Source of the DNA: the human T2T-CHM13v2.0 reference genome, Homo sapiens
Reading direction: 5' to 3' (one strand)
DNA: 64,000 nt
NCBI RefSeq assembly: GCF_009914755.1
Contig: NC_060929.1
This document shows positions 27,042 through 46,872 of this stretch, in pieces; positions within the stretch are counted from its first letter, which is position 1; each line of letters starts with the position of its first letter. The notes under the pieces are model-generated. The model did not search any database. It was not told where the DNA came from and saw only the letters and a list, made by a program, of their open reading frames with translations. The position numbers were made by a program, and so were the translations under genes.

Positions 27042-28277
27042 CAGACATTTCTATACATCATCTGAAATCTAGGCAGAGGTTCCCAAACCTCAATTCTTGG
27101 CTTCTGTGCACTCGCAGGCTCAACACCATATGGAAGCTGCCAAGACTTGGGACTTGTACCCTCTGAAGCAAGGCCCGATCTGTACCTTTGCCTGTTTTAG
27201 CGACTGCTGGAGTGACTGGGATGCAGGGAACCAAGTCCCTAGGCTGCACGCTGCAATGGGGGCCTGGACCTGGCCCAGGAACTGTTTTTACCGCCTAGGC
27301 CTCTGGAGCCTATAATGGGAGGGGCTCCTGTGAACATCTCTGACATGCCTCGGAGACATTTCCCCCATTGTCTTGGTGATTAACATTTGGCTCCTTATTA
27401 CTTATGCAAATTTATGCAGCAGGCTTGAATTTTTCCCCCAAATATGGGCTTTTCTTTTTTATTGCATCGTCAGGCTGCAAATTTTCCAAACTTTTATGGT
27501 CTGCTTCCTGTTGAATGCTTTGCTGCTTAGAAATTTCTTCTGCTAGATACCCTAAGTCATTTCTCTCAAGTTGAAAGTTCCACAGATCTCTGGGGAAGGG
27601 GCAAAATGCCCCCAGTCTCTTTGCATAGCAAGAGTGACCTTTAGTTCCCAACAAGTTCCTCATGTCCATCTGAGACCACCTAAGCCTGGACTTCGTTGTC
27701 TGTATTAGCATTTTGTTCCAAGCCATTCAACAATTCTCTAGGAAATTCCAAACTTTTTCACATCTTCCTGTCTTCTGAGCCCTCAAGTCTCTAGGAAGTT
27801 CCAAACTTTCCCACATTTTCCTGTCTTCTTTTGAGCCCTCCAAACTGTTCCAGTCTCTGCCTGTTACCCAGTTCCGAAGTTTCTTTCACATTTTCGGGTA
27901 CCTTTATAGCAGCACTCCAGTCTACCGGTACCAATTTACTGTATTAGTTTGTTCTTACACTGCTAATAAAGACATACCCGAGGCTGGGTAGTTTATAAAG
28001 GAAAGAGGTTTAAATGATTCACAGTTCCACATGGCTGGGGAGGCCTCATAATCATGGCAGAAAGAGAAGGAGGAACAAAGTTACGTCTTACATGGTGGCA
28101 GGCAAGAGAGCATGTGCAGGGGAGCTCCCCTTTATAAAACCTTTAGATCTCATGAGACTTATTCACTTTCATGAGAACAGCACAGGAAAGACCCACCCCC
28201 ATGATTCGATTACCTCCCACCATGTTTGTCTTACAACATGTGGGAATTATGGGATCTACAATTCAAGATGAGATTTA

Positions 28278-28572
<295 letters not shown>

Positions 28573-29699
28573 CAAGATGAGATTTGGGTGGGGACACAGC
28601 CAAACCATATCAGCCTGGATGGAGTACTTGCCATGACTGGCAGTACATCAGGTTTTACCCTTTCTATGAAGAAAGAGCTTTAAGTCCTCTTGATTCATGT
28701 CTTCTACAGTTGGTTTGGCATATATCAACATCAAAGACTCATAATAATCCTGAAAGATTTTTGCTTACCACCCTGAAAGTAAACAACTTTATCAGAGCCA
28801 GCATCTTGAACTACAGGTACTACCTTTTCAACAAATGTTCACAAGTAATGGAAGCAGCCTGAAAGATTACCAGCAATGCAAAAAGTGTGCTGGTTCCCCA
28901 GAGAATGTCTTAAAGCACTACATTGCAGTCTAAATATCTGTCTCCTTATTTATTCATTTATTTATTTGTTTATGAGAAAGAAAAGAATATTCTCAGAACG
29001 GCTTGACAAGGAGGAGTTTATTCATGGCTTGGCTTGAGAGATATTTTGGATATTTAGATGAGGTAAAACTTTCAGTGGATGGATGCAGCTGAGAGATCAC
29101 AAGTTCATTTGGCCAAGGTGTCATGGGAGTCTTCCAGTATTCAGGATATGCTTCTGCAAACTGATTTCAGAGTGACAATGTCTTGTAGATTCATCTGCTG
29201 GCAAAAAAAATCTGCAGACAATGGGAAACATGGCAGACAGAATACTTTTTTAAAGCTAATTTTGCTTGGATGACCTAAAAATTGAGAAGGAGTTTGTAAT
29301 CCTTTTCTTGATGATACAAACATCTGATTGTTGCCAAAAATGACCTCCTAAACTTAGAAGAAAGGAAAAGAATGAACATAAATTCAACTAAAAAAGTTGT
29401 GAATTCTGTTGTTTCTTAATGTAAGGTTGCTCCTCCGTGACAAAGACTTGCTCCCAGATGCATACCTCTGGGAGTCAGGGTTTTAGGCATTTATTGCCAT
29501 CAGTTCAAGAAATTTTGTGTATCTAATTGTGTGTTCACTGTGCAATTTGAACATTTTGAATATCTAACTTATATAAGAATTGTTTGAAATTTACATTTAT
29601 AACAAACTTTCTTTTTTTCTTAAAAGGAAGTAACCACTATTTTAGTATTCAAAAATATCTGATATTTTGAAAATCCTGTCTTATGTTTTGTCTGAGTGA

Positions 29700-30034
<335 letters not shown>

Positions 30035-30737
30035 AGAATTACCAATTTCTAATGTAGTGAAATATTTAAAATTTTTAGCTTGTTTGTCAATATTTATACT
30101 CATGTTTTGGGAGCAGTGGGTCAGCAGTTTTCATGAGATTGCTTTTGAGCTTATCCTCCCAAAACTTCCCTTAGGCTTTAATTGGCTTTTCTTTATAGAT
30201 AACATAGATCCTTTTATTTTAACTTAATTCTCATTTGAATAAATGTTGGGCGAACAGCTACACACTAATTTCTTTTCTCCATAGAGTGCGAACCCATGTG
30301 ACCCTTCCTGCCTTAGTGCTCTTCATTTAACAGTAGATTGTTCTGGTTGAAAGCATACTATAGTGCCAGCATTTGGAACTCCTCATCTCTTCAGCACAAG
30401 GACTGTCACTCACACAAGAGATCATTTGTGTGCTTTGGGCCACTGTTTTCCCTCTACCTTTAACAATTTATCCTGATTTTGCCATACAGACTTTGTCATG
30501 CTAACAATGCATCTTAATGAATAATGTATTCATCTTCCTTTTTTGCTTTCATATCTCACTCTGTTTCTTTAGAAAAATATTCATTTATGAGTCAAAGAAA
30601 AACAATTATTTTTGATAAGAATAACCTTGGGCTAGTCATTTAACCCTAATTTCCTCATGATTCTGTTTTTTCATCTGTGCAATTTTTAAGTGATTTCTTA
30701 GATTAATTCCAGCTTAGCTAACATATTGTAGAGCTAC

Positions 30738-30783
<46 letters not shown>

Positions 30784-30798
30784 ATGTATGTATATATA
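30738..30798. repeat. (TG)n/(TATG)n microsatellite
   Basis: Direct read. Confidence 0.9.
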
Positions 30799-30835
30799 AA
30801 CATTTTGGCTATAAGGATATGTCTTTTTAAAAAAA

Positions 30836-31062
30836 TTAATTTAATTTTATTTTAAGTTCTGGGATACATGTGCAGGATGTGTAGGTTTGTTACATAGGTA
30901 GACGTGTGCCATGGTGGTTTGCTGCACTTATGAAGCCATCACTTAGGTAGTAAGCCCAGCATGCATTAACTATTTTTCCTGGTGCTCTCCCCTTGCCTGG
31001 ACCCCCTGACCAGCCCCAGTATGCATTGTGCCCCTCCCTGTGTTCATGTATTTTTGTTGTTC
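30836..31062 (-). mobile_element. L1PA/PB 3' end fragment
   Basis: tttaagttctgggatacatgtgcagg...gtgccatggtggtttgctgcac. Confidence 0.85.
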
Positions 31063-31142
31063 CCCAGTGAAGGAAGCTATGAGGTTTGAAGAAAAATTAA
31101 ACATGATTTAATACATATATATATGTGTATGTATATACATCT

Positions 31143-31143
<1 letters not shown>

Positions 31144-31174
<31 letters not shown>
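31144..31174. repeat. (CA)n microsatellite
   Basis: Direct read. Confidence 0.95.
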
Positions 31175-31176
<2 letters not shown>

Positions 31177-31392
31177 ATATAGTGAATATCTAAAACTCTA
31201 GAATTTGCTACAAGTCTCTAGTAGAATTAATGCAAAGTCTACTTCTATTTCTTTACCCTCATTTCCCCTACTACTTAAATAGCATAGAGGTTTATTTTTC
31301 AGTGATATAAAAATCCAAATAGGCAATCCTGGGTTAATATAATGGCTTTATGATATTGGAGACACAGGCTTCTTTGATCATGTTCCCTTGGC

Positions 31393-31555
31393 TTTTTTTT
31401 TTTTCTTTAATTGAGACAGGGTCACACTTTTTTGCCTAGTCTGGAGTACAGTGATGTGATCATAGCTCACTGTAACCTCTGACACTTAGGCTCACAAGAA
31501 CCTCCTACCTCAGTCTCCCAAAGCACTGGATTACAGGCATGAGTCAGTGTGCCCA
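31393..31555 (-). mobile_element. FLAM/AluJ monomer within an MLT1-like LTR relic (about 31270-31880)
   Basis: Monomeric Alu; flanking ccattggccagaa..tagtcacatggc..acctagctgcaaggga is MLT1-like. Confidence 0.7.
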
Positions 31556-32759
31556 ACAGTCTACTTTGTAATTTTTAACAGGTAGTTTTTATTTCATAGT
31601 CCAAGATGACTTGTCTAGTTTTACTATTATGTTCACCTTTGAGGCAGCAGGACCCAGTTAAAGAGACAGGAAATAATATGTGCTTTTTCTTTAAGACAGT
31701 CACTCCCAAATTTGATACATTCCTTTTGCTCACGTCCCATTGGCCAGAATGTAGTCACATGGCTTCACCTAGCTGCAAGGGAATCTGTGAAATGTGATCT
31801 TCAGCTGTGTCTTGTGCACAGAAGTTTTCATTACTGTGTAAAAACTGGAAGATGGATATCAATGGTCAACTAGCAATCTATGCATTTAACATGCAGGGAA
31901 GATTGAAATATCATTCAGAAGGCTTTGCTGTTTTTGTTGCAAGGATGTTTGTTTAGCATTTCATTACAAATAAGGGTTTCAGTCATATTTCAATTTAAGA
32001 AATGTTACAACATAAAGTAAGTATACTTTAAAGGATAAAGTAAGTATCCTACTCTGTATCTTACTATATTTTAGAAGTTTTATTTATTTTTTAGTGGAAA
32101 ATCCATTCTAAGTTTCAGACAGCCTTCCCACCATTATTTAATTGACGTTTCTCAAATATATGAAAATGAGGTAAAACCAGTTTGCCAAAATAAACATCCA
32201 GAGTTCTTTTTAAAAACAGCAGTCCAAAATCCTATATTATTGCCATGTGTCCCTGTGGTTTCAGGGACTCTGAATTCAAAGGGCTATTTCCAGATGAAAT
32301 ATCAGAATTGTAGCATTTATTGTGTATTCTGCCAAAGATTTTGTCAAAAATAGTAATGACTTTCAGGTCTGTGGGAATATGGGTTGCAGATGTGTTGTTT
32401 GAATGCCTGAAAAGGAAATCATAGTATTCTTTATTTTGGTGATAAAAGTATTTGTGTACATGTGCCATTTTGATACTGAACACTATATAATTTTTGTGAT
32501 CTTTTTGGAATGTGAGGACTAAGTAATGTAAGTGGTGAAGAAATCCCATTAAAAGTATACGTTTTCTAGCTAAGCCATATATTAAATTTTATAATTTGAA
32601 AAACAAAAATATCAGTGTTTAGTTATACTGTTTTTTGTTTGTGGACCCATTTTCTTTCTTGCTTCATATTTTTCTGCCTTTATTTAAATGTTTGCTTCAA
32701 TAATAAATATTTTAAAGTCATTATATCTTAACTTTTTTGTTCAGAAAAGGAACAACTTA

Positions 32760-33146
<387 letters not shown>

Positions 33147-35409
33147 CAGAAGTAGAAAATAGCATTGTAAAAACTATGTTGTAAAAGGACATTTCAATTT
33201 AACAATATTAATATTTGCTTATTTTCAGTTAATCTACTTCAGCATGCAATCTCATACTTCATCAAGCGCACTTGGTATTGTCACTGTTTATACATGAAGC
33301 AATACATGCTGAAAGTATAAGTGAGTTGCTAAGGAAAACAGGTAGTAAGCTAAGCTAGGATAGAATTCAGGCCGCTGTTTTATGAATACCAAATCAGTTT
33401 TTTTTTAAATTTGTTTAGGGATAATTTACAAACAATTAAATGTACTTATGGTGAGTATACAGTTTTCAGTATTCATAAAAGCACTTTCAAGCCTCTTTGC
33501 AGTCAGGCTCCCAACTACCTGTTTTCTTCTCCCAACCCTACCTACTCTCAAGGCCCCAGGCAGCCATTGGGCTGCTTTCTTTCGTTATAGATCAGCTTTA
33601 CATGTTTTAGAATTTCATGTGAATGGAACTATGCAGTGTGTATTCTGGCTCATAACTTTATTTGCATAGTATAACATTTTTGAGATGTCTCATTGTGTGC
33701 TGTATATCAGCATTTCATTCCTTCCATTGCTGAGTAGTATTCCATTGTATTGATATACCACTTTTACTTTTTGATGAATATCTGGTGATTTCAAGTTGTG
33801 GGCTGACATGAATAAAGCAGCTATATACATTCATGTCTAAATCTTTTTGTGGGTATGTTTTAATTTTTAACAACTTTATTGTGATACAATTAATTTATAA
33901 AATGTGCATATAGAAAGTATACAACTGGGTAAATTTTAAAATGTGTACATACCCATGAAACTGTCACCATAATCAAGATGATAAATCCTCAACCTGCCCA
34001 AATTTTTTAGTACCCATCATAATTCCTTTCTCCCTCCTTCCTACCTCTTCACTCAGTCCCCAGAAAACCACTGATTAGATTTCTGTCATTATAGATTGGT
34101 TTACATTATCCATACATTTAACCATACAGTATGTACTTCTTTTTTCGGTCTGGTTTCTTTTATTCAGCGTAATTGTTTTGCGATTCCTCCATGTTGTTGT
34201 AAGTTTTAATAATTTATTCTTTTTTTCCTGCTGAGTGGTGTTCCATTTTATGGATACACCCCAATTTGTTTATGCATTCACCAGTTGGTGGACATTTGGG
34301 TTGCTTCCAGTTTTGGACTATAACCAATAAAGCTGCTATGAACATTTAAATCTTTGTATGGACATATGTTTTATTTGAATAATATATAGGAGTAGAATAG
34401 TTGGGTTATATGGTAGGCATATGTTTAGCTTTTTAAGAAACTGCCCAACAGTGTTCCATAGAGTTCGTACTATTTTACATTCCCATCATCAGTATATGAG
34501 TTCCAGTTTCTCCACATCCTTGTCATTACTTGGTATGGTCAGATTTTTCATTTTAGACATTTTAGTGGGTGTGTGACCATGTCTCATATTTTAAATTAGC
34601 ATTTCCCTAATGTCTAATGATATTATTTGCCATCTATATATCTTCTATAGTGACATATTTGTTTAAATCTTTCACATTTGTTTTATTTGGGTTGCTTATT
34701 TTCTTACTGAGTTTTGAAGAACTCTTCATATCCTTAACAGATACACAATTTGCAAATACTTTCTCCAAGTTTGTGGGAGAAGCAGATAATTTCTTAACTT
34801 TGAGGAACTTACTTTTTTTTCTTTTATTAATCATGCTTTGAGATCACTTCTAATGCATTTTTGCCTAACTTGTTGCAGACTTACGCTTTCATGCATGAGC
34901 GCTATAGTTTTAGATTTTACATTTAGAGTCTGTGATACATTTTGAGTTAATTTTTGTACATACTTTAAGGTATGGGTTGAAGTTCATTTTTTAATGAATA
35001 TTTAGTCATTCTAGCACCATTTATTGAATTCCCTGCTGAATTTTTCTTGCACTTTGTTGAAAATCAATTAACCACGTGTGTATTGGTCTATATTGGGACT
35101 CTATACTGCCCCATCAATCTATTTGTTTAGCTCTGTGCCAGCCATAATCTGTCTTGATTACTTAGGCTTATAATAAATCATGAAATCAGATGAAATCATG
35201 TAGTATAACTTCTTCAACTTTGTTATTTTTGAATTTGCTTTAGTTATCTATTATTTCAAATATTTTTATGAGGTGTAGAATCAGTTTCTCAATTTTTCCA
35301 AACAAGTCTGCTGGAATCTTAATTGAGGATGCATTGGATCTACAGAATTGACATCTTAACCATATTAAGCCTTCTGACTCATAAATATAATACATCCATA
35401 TATTTAGGT

Positions 35410-35620
35410 CAGTGTTTCCTACCCAGGGGAGATTTTGCTCATCTAGGGTCACTTGGCAATATCTGAAGACATTTTTGATTGTCACGGCCAGCAGCTCCTA
35501 ACAGGCATCCAATGGGAAGAAGGCAGGGATGTTGCTAAGTATTCTATAAGGTGCAGGGCTTCCCTCCACCCCAAAAATTATCTGATCCAGAATGTCAGTA
35601 GTGTTGAATTTATAAATCTT
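35410..35620. mobile_element. MER20 hAT-Charlie relic
   Basis: gggggagattttgc..cttggcaatatctgaagacatttttgattgtcac...aatgtcagtagtg. Confidence 0.8.
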
Positions 35621-37729
35621 GATTTAGATCTCATCAATTACTCAGCAATTGTTTGTAGTTTTCAAATTATAGATCTTATGCATTTTATATTAGGTTTATC
35701 ACTTTGAAGCAGAAAGTGAGGTCACTGAATTAAAACTTTCCTTTTTTCTGATATACAATTTAGGATCTAAATTTTATTCCAAATGCTTCATTTGGAATAA
35801 CTTCATTCCTCACATTTTGGTATGTTGTGTTTTCATTTTCATTTAAAGTATTTCCTAATTTCCCTTTTCATTTTAGTCCTCACCCTTGAATTAATTAGTA
35901 GTTTGTAATTTTGTTTTCAATTTTGTTTGATATTACAGATATCGTGCCAATACTGGTTTTTAATTTAGGTCCATTGTTGTTAGACAACTTTATGTGACTT
36001 GAATCCCTTTAAATTTATTGGGACTTGTATTATGGCACTGAATGTAACCTTTGTTCAATGTTTTGTATGCACTTGAAAGAATTATTCATTTGCTATTTTT
36101 GGGTGTTATTAGATGTTTGGCTATTAATTTTTAGGAATTAATTAGATCAGGTTGGTTGGTGGTGTTAAGTTTTCTATATTCTTGCTTATTTTCTGTCTAC
36201 TTCTTTTAAAAGTGACTGATAATGTATTAAAATCAAGAACTGTAATTCTATATTTGTCTTACTTCTCCTTGAAGTGATATCAGACATTACTTCATGTATT
36301 TTGAGTCTTTGTTAATTAGGTGTAAAACATTAAGCTTTGACATGCTCTCTTGATGAGCTGACCTCTTTTTCACTATGAAATGACCCTCTAATTCTATTGA
36401 TGTTATTTGTCCTGAAAATCTACTTTATGCATGTTCTTATACTCCTCTAGTTTTCTTTTGATTGGAATCCACGTGGAATATTTTTTCATCCTTTTGCTTT
36501 TAATTATTTTTCTCTTTATGTAAATTAGATTTCGTTTAGGAAGTGTATAGTTGGGTGTTGTTTTTTTAATCCAGTCTATCAATCTGTGTTTTTCCATTGG
36601 GATGTTTAGGCCATTTATGTTTTATGTAATTATTGACAATTACATAAAAAATGGTGGTTTAAAAATCTACTATCTCTGTTTGTTCCATCTTTATTTTATT
36701 TACTTGTTCCTCTCTGTTTTATTTTGGGTTAAGTATTTTTTATTATTCTTTTATCTTTTTAGTTATCTTGTTATCTATAACTCATCTTTATGCTATTTTT
36801 ATGTTTGCTTTAGGGTTTATAGCATACATCTTTACCTTATCACAGTCTACATTGAAGTGATATACTACTTCACAGATATTATGGCACCATACTTTCATTT
36901 CTGCTTTTATGAGCTTATGCTATTGTGGTCATACATTTTACTTCTACATATCTTATACACTTCACAGTTATTGTTACATTGATATTTTTTTACTTTTAAC
37001 AGTTAACTTACTTTTTTAACTTTTCATTTTGAAATAACTTTAGACTCGAAAAGTTTCAACAGTAATACACAGAGGTCCTGTGTACCCTTCACTCAGCTTT
37101 CCCGATGATAACAATATATAACTGTAGTACATTATTGAAAGCAGGAAATTGACTTTGGTACAATATTATTAACTAAACTACAGACTGTACACAGATTTTA
37201 TCAGTTTTTATGTGCACTGTTTTTATTGTTCTTGTTGTTGTTTCGGCATATAGTTATGTGAATTTGGTTCCACATATGGATTCATGTAACTACCACCATA
37301 GTCAGGGTACAGAACTCTTTTATTACCTCAAAGAAACCTCTTTATTCCCTTGTGTTACCCCCTTTATATTCAGACTATCCATCCAATATAATCCCTGGTA
37401 GCCACCGATCTGTTTGTCACTGTAGTTTTGTCACTTTGAGAATATTAGTGGAATTGTACAATATATATCCTTTTGAGATTGGCTGCTTTTCACTGACCCT
37501 AATACTTTTGAGATCCACCAAATCGTTGAATGTATCAGTAGATCATTTTCTTTATTGTTGAGTAGTCTATTCTTACCTCATGGAATGCCATGGATGCACC
37601 ACACTTTGTTTATTCATTTATTCACTGAAAAAAACCTTTAGGTTGTTTCCACTTTTTTGGCTATTAGAAAGCTGCTTTGGACATTCATGTACAGGTTTCC
37701 ATGTGAGCATAAATTTTCATTTATTTAGT

Positions 37730-37936
37730 ACAAGGGTTGGCAAACAATAGCCTGTGAATTGGCTGCCCATTTTGGGAAATAAAGTTTCACTGGAATGCAT
37801 GCATGCTTATATATTGTCTGTGTGTACTTTTGTGCTACAATGGCAAAGTTGAATAGTTGCAACAGAGTCCTCTATGGTGTGTAATGACTCAAATATTTAC
37901 CTTTCGCCCTTTTAGAAACAGGTTGCTGACCCCTGC
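37730..37936. mobile_element. MER58A hAT-Charlie relic
   Basis: caagggttggcaaac ... gttgctgacccctg terminal inverted repeats. Confidence 0.8.
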
Positions 37937-38803
37937 TCTAGGATAAATAAATATCTAGGATTGTGAATGCAGGGCTGTATGGTAAGTATGTGTTTAACTT
38001 TATCAGCAAGTGCTACATTGTTTTCCCAAATGGGTGTACTATTTTACATTCTTACCAGAAATATATAAGATCTACATTCTTATCAGCACTTGGTTTTGTC
38101 AGAATTTTTGCCTTTAGCCATTCTAATAGGTGTGTTATGGTATCTTATTGTGGCTTTAATGGACATTTCTTTAATGGCCAAGGTGCTGAAATATCTTTTC
38201 ATACATTTATTTGCCATCTCTGTATCCCATTTGTTGGTTTGTTCAAATCTTTTACCCCTTTTTGATTGTATTTTTGTTTTTGTTGTATGTGTAATGTGAA
38301 ACTATTTTCTTTTAGTCTCTTGCTGGTCTGATCATTTTATTAACAGGGTCTTATGTAGAGCAAAAGCTTTTATTTTTGATGAAGTCCAATTTGTGGACTA
38401 TTTTTCTTCTATGCTTTTGCTTCTGGTGTCATGTCTAAGGACTCTTCCCTTAACCCTATGTCATACAAATTTTTGAATATGGTTTCTTTTAAAGGTTTTG
38501 TAGTTCTGTATTTTACATTTATATCTATAATCTATTTTGAATTCCTTTTTGTATAAAGTATGAGGTTGAGGTTCACTTTCTTGGCTATGAATGTCAATTG
38601 TTCTAACACCATTAGTTGAAAAGACTCTTCTTTCTCCATTGAATTGCTTTTGCATCTTTGTTAAAAATCATTGACTGGACTTGAGTGGGTCTATTTTTGT
38701 ATTTTCTATGCTGCCTCATGGATCTATGTATCTGTCCCTCCACCAACACCACACTGTCTTAATTACTGCAGCTACATCCTTACCCTTTAAGTTGAGTTAT
38801 GTG

Positions 38804-39109
<306 letters not shown>

Positions 39110-39589
39110 TTGAGTTACGTGAATCTTCCAACTTTATTCTTTTGAAAAATTTTATTTTAGATAATTTACTTACTTTGCCTTTCCACATACACTTTTAAAA
39201 TCAGTTTTACTCTATTTATTTAAAAAAATTGAGTCATAGAGTTTATCAACATGGTATGTCTATATAGGTTTACTTTGAAATCTTGCATCAGAATTTTGTA
39301 GTTTTTAGCATACAGATCCTATACATGTTTTGTTAGATTTATGCCTAAGTATTTCAGTCTTTTTGGCTCTGTTATAAGTGGTATTATATTTTTAATTTGA
39401 GTTTACAGTGGCTCATTATGAGTATCTATTAATAGAAATTCAACTGACTTCTTTTGTGTTAACCATATATTCTCCAAACTTTCTAAATTCCCTTATTTGT
39501 TCTAGGTGGTTTTTTGTTGTTATTGTTGTTTGCTTTTAAGATTCTTTGAGAATTTTTTCTGTAAACAGTGATGTTATCTGCAAATAGAT

Positions 39590-40770
39590 GCAGTTTAAAG
39601 GCTGTTGCAGAGAGCTTCAAGGCCCAGGCAGAGACTTGCTATGGGGATGGGGCTGCCACAGAGCCCCCACAAAGTCAATGCCCAGGGGAACTGTGGGGTG
39701 TAAGCTGCTACTGAGAGCCCCCTTCTCCACTACTGCAATGCCTGGTAGAGCTGTGGGAAGAAGGCCACCTGAATACTCCAGAACTAAGAGCCACGGTATG
39801 CAGTGCCAGCCTGGCAAAGCTTACAAGCATAGGTTTTAAATGTGTGAGAGCTGTAATGTGGGCTGTGCCAGCAAAGCCATGGGGGCAGGAATGTCCAAAT
39901 CTTAGAGACTCAATCCTTCCAACATATCTGGAAGGTGGGACATGGAACCACATAAGATTATTCTCCAGCCTTATGGTCTAACATTGTATGCCTTGTTGGG
40001 CTTTAGACATTTCTGGGACTTGCAACTCCCTTCTTTTTTCCTGTTTCTCTTTTTGGAATAGAAATACCTGTCTTACGCCTGCATTGTGTTTTAGAGCGAC
40101 AAAACTTACCTGTTTGATTTTACAGGGAAATTTGCTTAAGGATTAATTGTTCCTTGAGTCTGACCCATATCCGATTTAGATGAGACTCTGGACTTTAGAC
40201 TTTTGTGTTGCTGCTGAAATGAGTTAAGACTTTTGGGGCTACTGGGATGGAATGGATGTATTTTGTGTGTTATAAGGACATGAATTTGAGGGGCTAGGGG
40301 TGGAATACTATGGTCTGAATATGTCTCCCAAAATTTGTGTGTGGAAAACTTAACCCCTGATATGGTTTGGCTATTTCCCCACCCAAATCTCATCTTGAAT
40401 TGTAGCTCCCATAATTTTCACATCTTGTGGGAGGGACCTGGTAGATGATAATTGAATTATGGGGGCAGTTTCCCACATACTGTTTTGTGGTAGTAAGTCT
40501 TATGAGATCTGATGCTTTTATAAGGTGATACCCTTTTCACTTGGTTCTCATTCTCTCTTGCCTGCCGCCATGTAAGATGTGCCTTTCACCTTCTGCCATG
40601 ATTCTGGGGCCTTCACAGCTACATGGAGCTGTGAGTCCATTAAACCGTTTTTGTTTTTGTTTTTTTTTAAATAAATTACCCAGTCTTGGGTATGTCTTTA
40701 TCAGCAGCATGAAAACGGACTAATACAATCCCCAATTCAACAGTGTGAGGAAATGGGGCCTAATGGTGCA
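39590..40770 (+). mobile_element. MLT1A/MST-like internal segment and partial LTR
   Basis: MaLR-int 3' motifs (gagttaagacttttgggg...gaatttgagggg) followed by an LTR start at about 40306. Confidence 0.7.
40358..40727 (+). mobile_element. THE1 solo LTR nested in older MaLR LTR
   Basis: tgatatggtttggct ... gaaaacggactaataca; TSD acccc/atccc. Confidence 0.9.
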
Positions 40771-41288
40771 TGATCAGGTCTGGAGCAATTTATTCCTCCA
40801 TATAGATCCAGATTTCCATGTAATAATATTTTTCTTCTGTTTGAAGGACTTCATTTAATATTCCTTATCATGTGAGTCTGCTTAGGATGAATTCTATCGG
40901 ATTTTATGTATCTTCCAAAGTCTGTACTTTGTCTTTCTTTTTAAAAGTTATTTTCACTGGGTAGAGAATTCTAAGTTGACTTTTTTTTTTTTTCAGTACT
41001 TTAAGAGCATTGCTCTGCCTTCTGGCTAGTTTTGTTTGTTTGTTTGTTTGTTTGCTGAGAAGTCATCTGTCATTTATTTATTTATTTATTTTTATTATAC
41101 TTTAAGTTCTAGGTTACATATGCAGGTTTTTTACATATGTATACATGTGCCATGTTGCTGTGCTGCACCCATTAACTCCTCATTTACATTAGGTGTATCT
41201 CCTAATGCTATCCGTCCACCCTCCTGCCACCCCACGACAGGCCCCAGTGTGTGATGTTCCCCATCCTCTGTCCAAGTGTTCTCATTGT

Positions 41289-45017
<3,729 letters not shown>

Positions 45018-45080
45018 TATGACGTTAGCTGGTTATTTTGCTTGTTAGTTGATGCAGTTTCTTCTTAGCGTCGATGGTCT

Positions 45081-46106
45081 TTACAATTTGGCATGTTTTT
45101 GCAGTGGCTCGTACTGGTTGTTCCTTTCCATGTTTGGGGCTTCCTTCAGGAGCTCTTATAAGGCATGTCTGGTGGTGACAAAATCTCTCAGCATTTGCTT
45201 GTCTGTAAAGTATTTTATTTCTCCTTCACTTATGAAGCTTAGTTTAGCTGGACATGAAATTCTGGGTTGAAAATTCTTTTCTTTAAGAATGTTGAATATT
45301 GGCCCCCACTCTCTTCTGGCTTGTAGAGTTTCTGCTGAGAGATCCGCTGTTAGTCTGATGGGCTTCCCTTTGTGGGTAACCTGACCTTTCTCTGTGGCTG
45401 CCCTTAACATTTTTTCCTTCATTTCAACTTCGGTGAATCTGACAATTATGTGTCTTGGTGTTGCTGTTCTCGAGGAGTATCTTTGTGACGTTGTCTGTAT
45501 TTCCTGAATTTGAATGTTGGCCTTCCTTGCTAGGTTGGGGAAGTTTTCCTGGATAATATCCTGCAGAGTGTTTTCCAACTTGGTTCCATTCTCCCTGTCA
45601 TTTTCAGGTACACCAATCAGACGTAGGTTTGTTCTTTTCACATAGTCCCATATTTCTCGGAGGCTTTGTTCATTTCTTTTTACTCTTTTTTCTCTAAACT
45701 TCTCTTCTCACTTCATTTCATCCATTTGATCTTCAATCACTGATACCCTTTCTTCCACTTGATTGAATCGGCCACTGAAGCCTGTGCATGCGGCATGTAG
45801 TTCTTGTGCCATTGTTTTCAGCTCATTCAGGTCATTTAAGGTCTCTTCTATGCTGTTTATTCTAGTTAGCCATTCATCTCATCTTTTTTCAAGGTTATTA
45901 GCTTCTTTTCAATGGGTTCAAACATCCTCCTTTAGCTCAGAGAAGTTTGTTATGACCGATCATCTGAAGCCTTCTTCTCTCAACTTGTCAGAGTCATTCT
46001 CTGTCCAGCTTTGTTCCTTTGCTGGCGAGGAGCTGCATTCCTTTGGAGGAGAGGAGGTGCTCTGATTTTTAGAATTTTCAGCTTTTCTGCTCTGGTTTTT
46101 CCCCAT
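45081..46106 (-). pseudogene. L1 ORF1, disrupted
   Basis: MGKNQSRK start at 46106; fragments 45960-46373 and 45156-45641 with premature stops. Confidence 0.92.
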
Positions 46107-46872
46107 CTTTGTGGTTTTATCTACCTTCGGTCTTTGATGATGGTGATGTACAGATGGGGTTTTGGTGTGGATGTCCTTCCTGTTTGTTATTTCCCTTGTA
46201 ATATTCAGGACCCTCAGCTGTAGGTCTGTTGGAGTTTGCTGGAGGTCCACTCCGGACTCTGTTTGCCTGGGTATGACCATCGGAGGCTGCAGAATAGCAA
46301 ATATTGCAGAATGGCAAATGCTGCTGCCTGATGCTTCTTCTGGAAGCTTTGTCTCAGAGGGGCACCTGGCCATCTGAGGTGTCAGTCGGCCCCTACTGGG
46401 AGGTGCCTCCCAGTTAGGCTACTCGGGCGTCAGGGACCCACTTGAGGAGGCAGTCTGTCCATTCTCAGATCTCCAAGTCTGTGCTGGGAGAACCACTACT
46501 CTCTTCACAGCTGTCAGACAGGAATGTTTAATTGTGCAGAAGTTTCTTTTGCCTTTTGTTTAGCTATGCCCTGCCCCCAAAGGTGGATTCTACAGAGCCA
46601 GGCAGGCCTCCTTGAGCTGCGTTGGGCTCCACCCAGTTCGAGCTTTCTGGCCGCTTTGTTTACCTACTCAAGCCTCAGCAATGGTGGACGCCCCTACCCT
46701 AGCCTTGCTGCCCCCTTGCAGTTTGATCTCAGATTGCTGTTCTAGCAGTGAGCGAGGCTCCATGGGCATGGGACTCTCCAAGCCAGGCGTGGGATATAAT
46801 CTCCCAGTGTGCTGTTTGCTAAGACCATTGGAAAAGCGCAGTACTAGGGTGGGAGTGTCCTGATTTTCCAGG

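Noticed and set aside
36551-36982. 143-aa hydrophobic ORF
   Set aside because: T-rich antisense L1M sequence; no splice or homology support.
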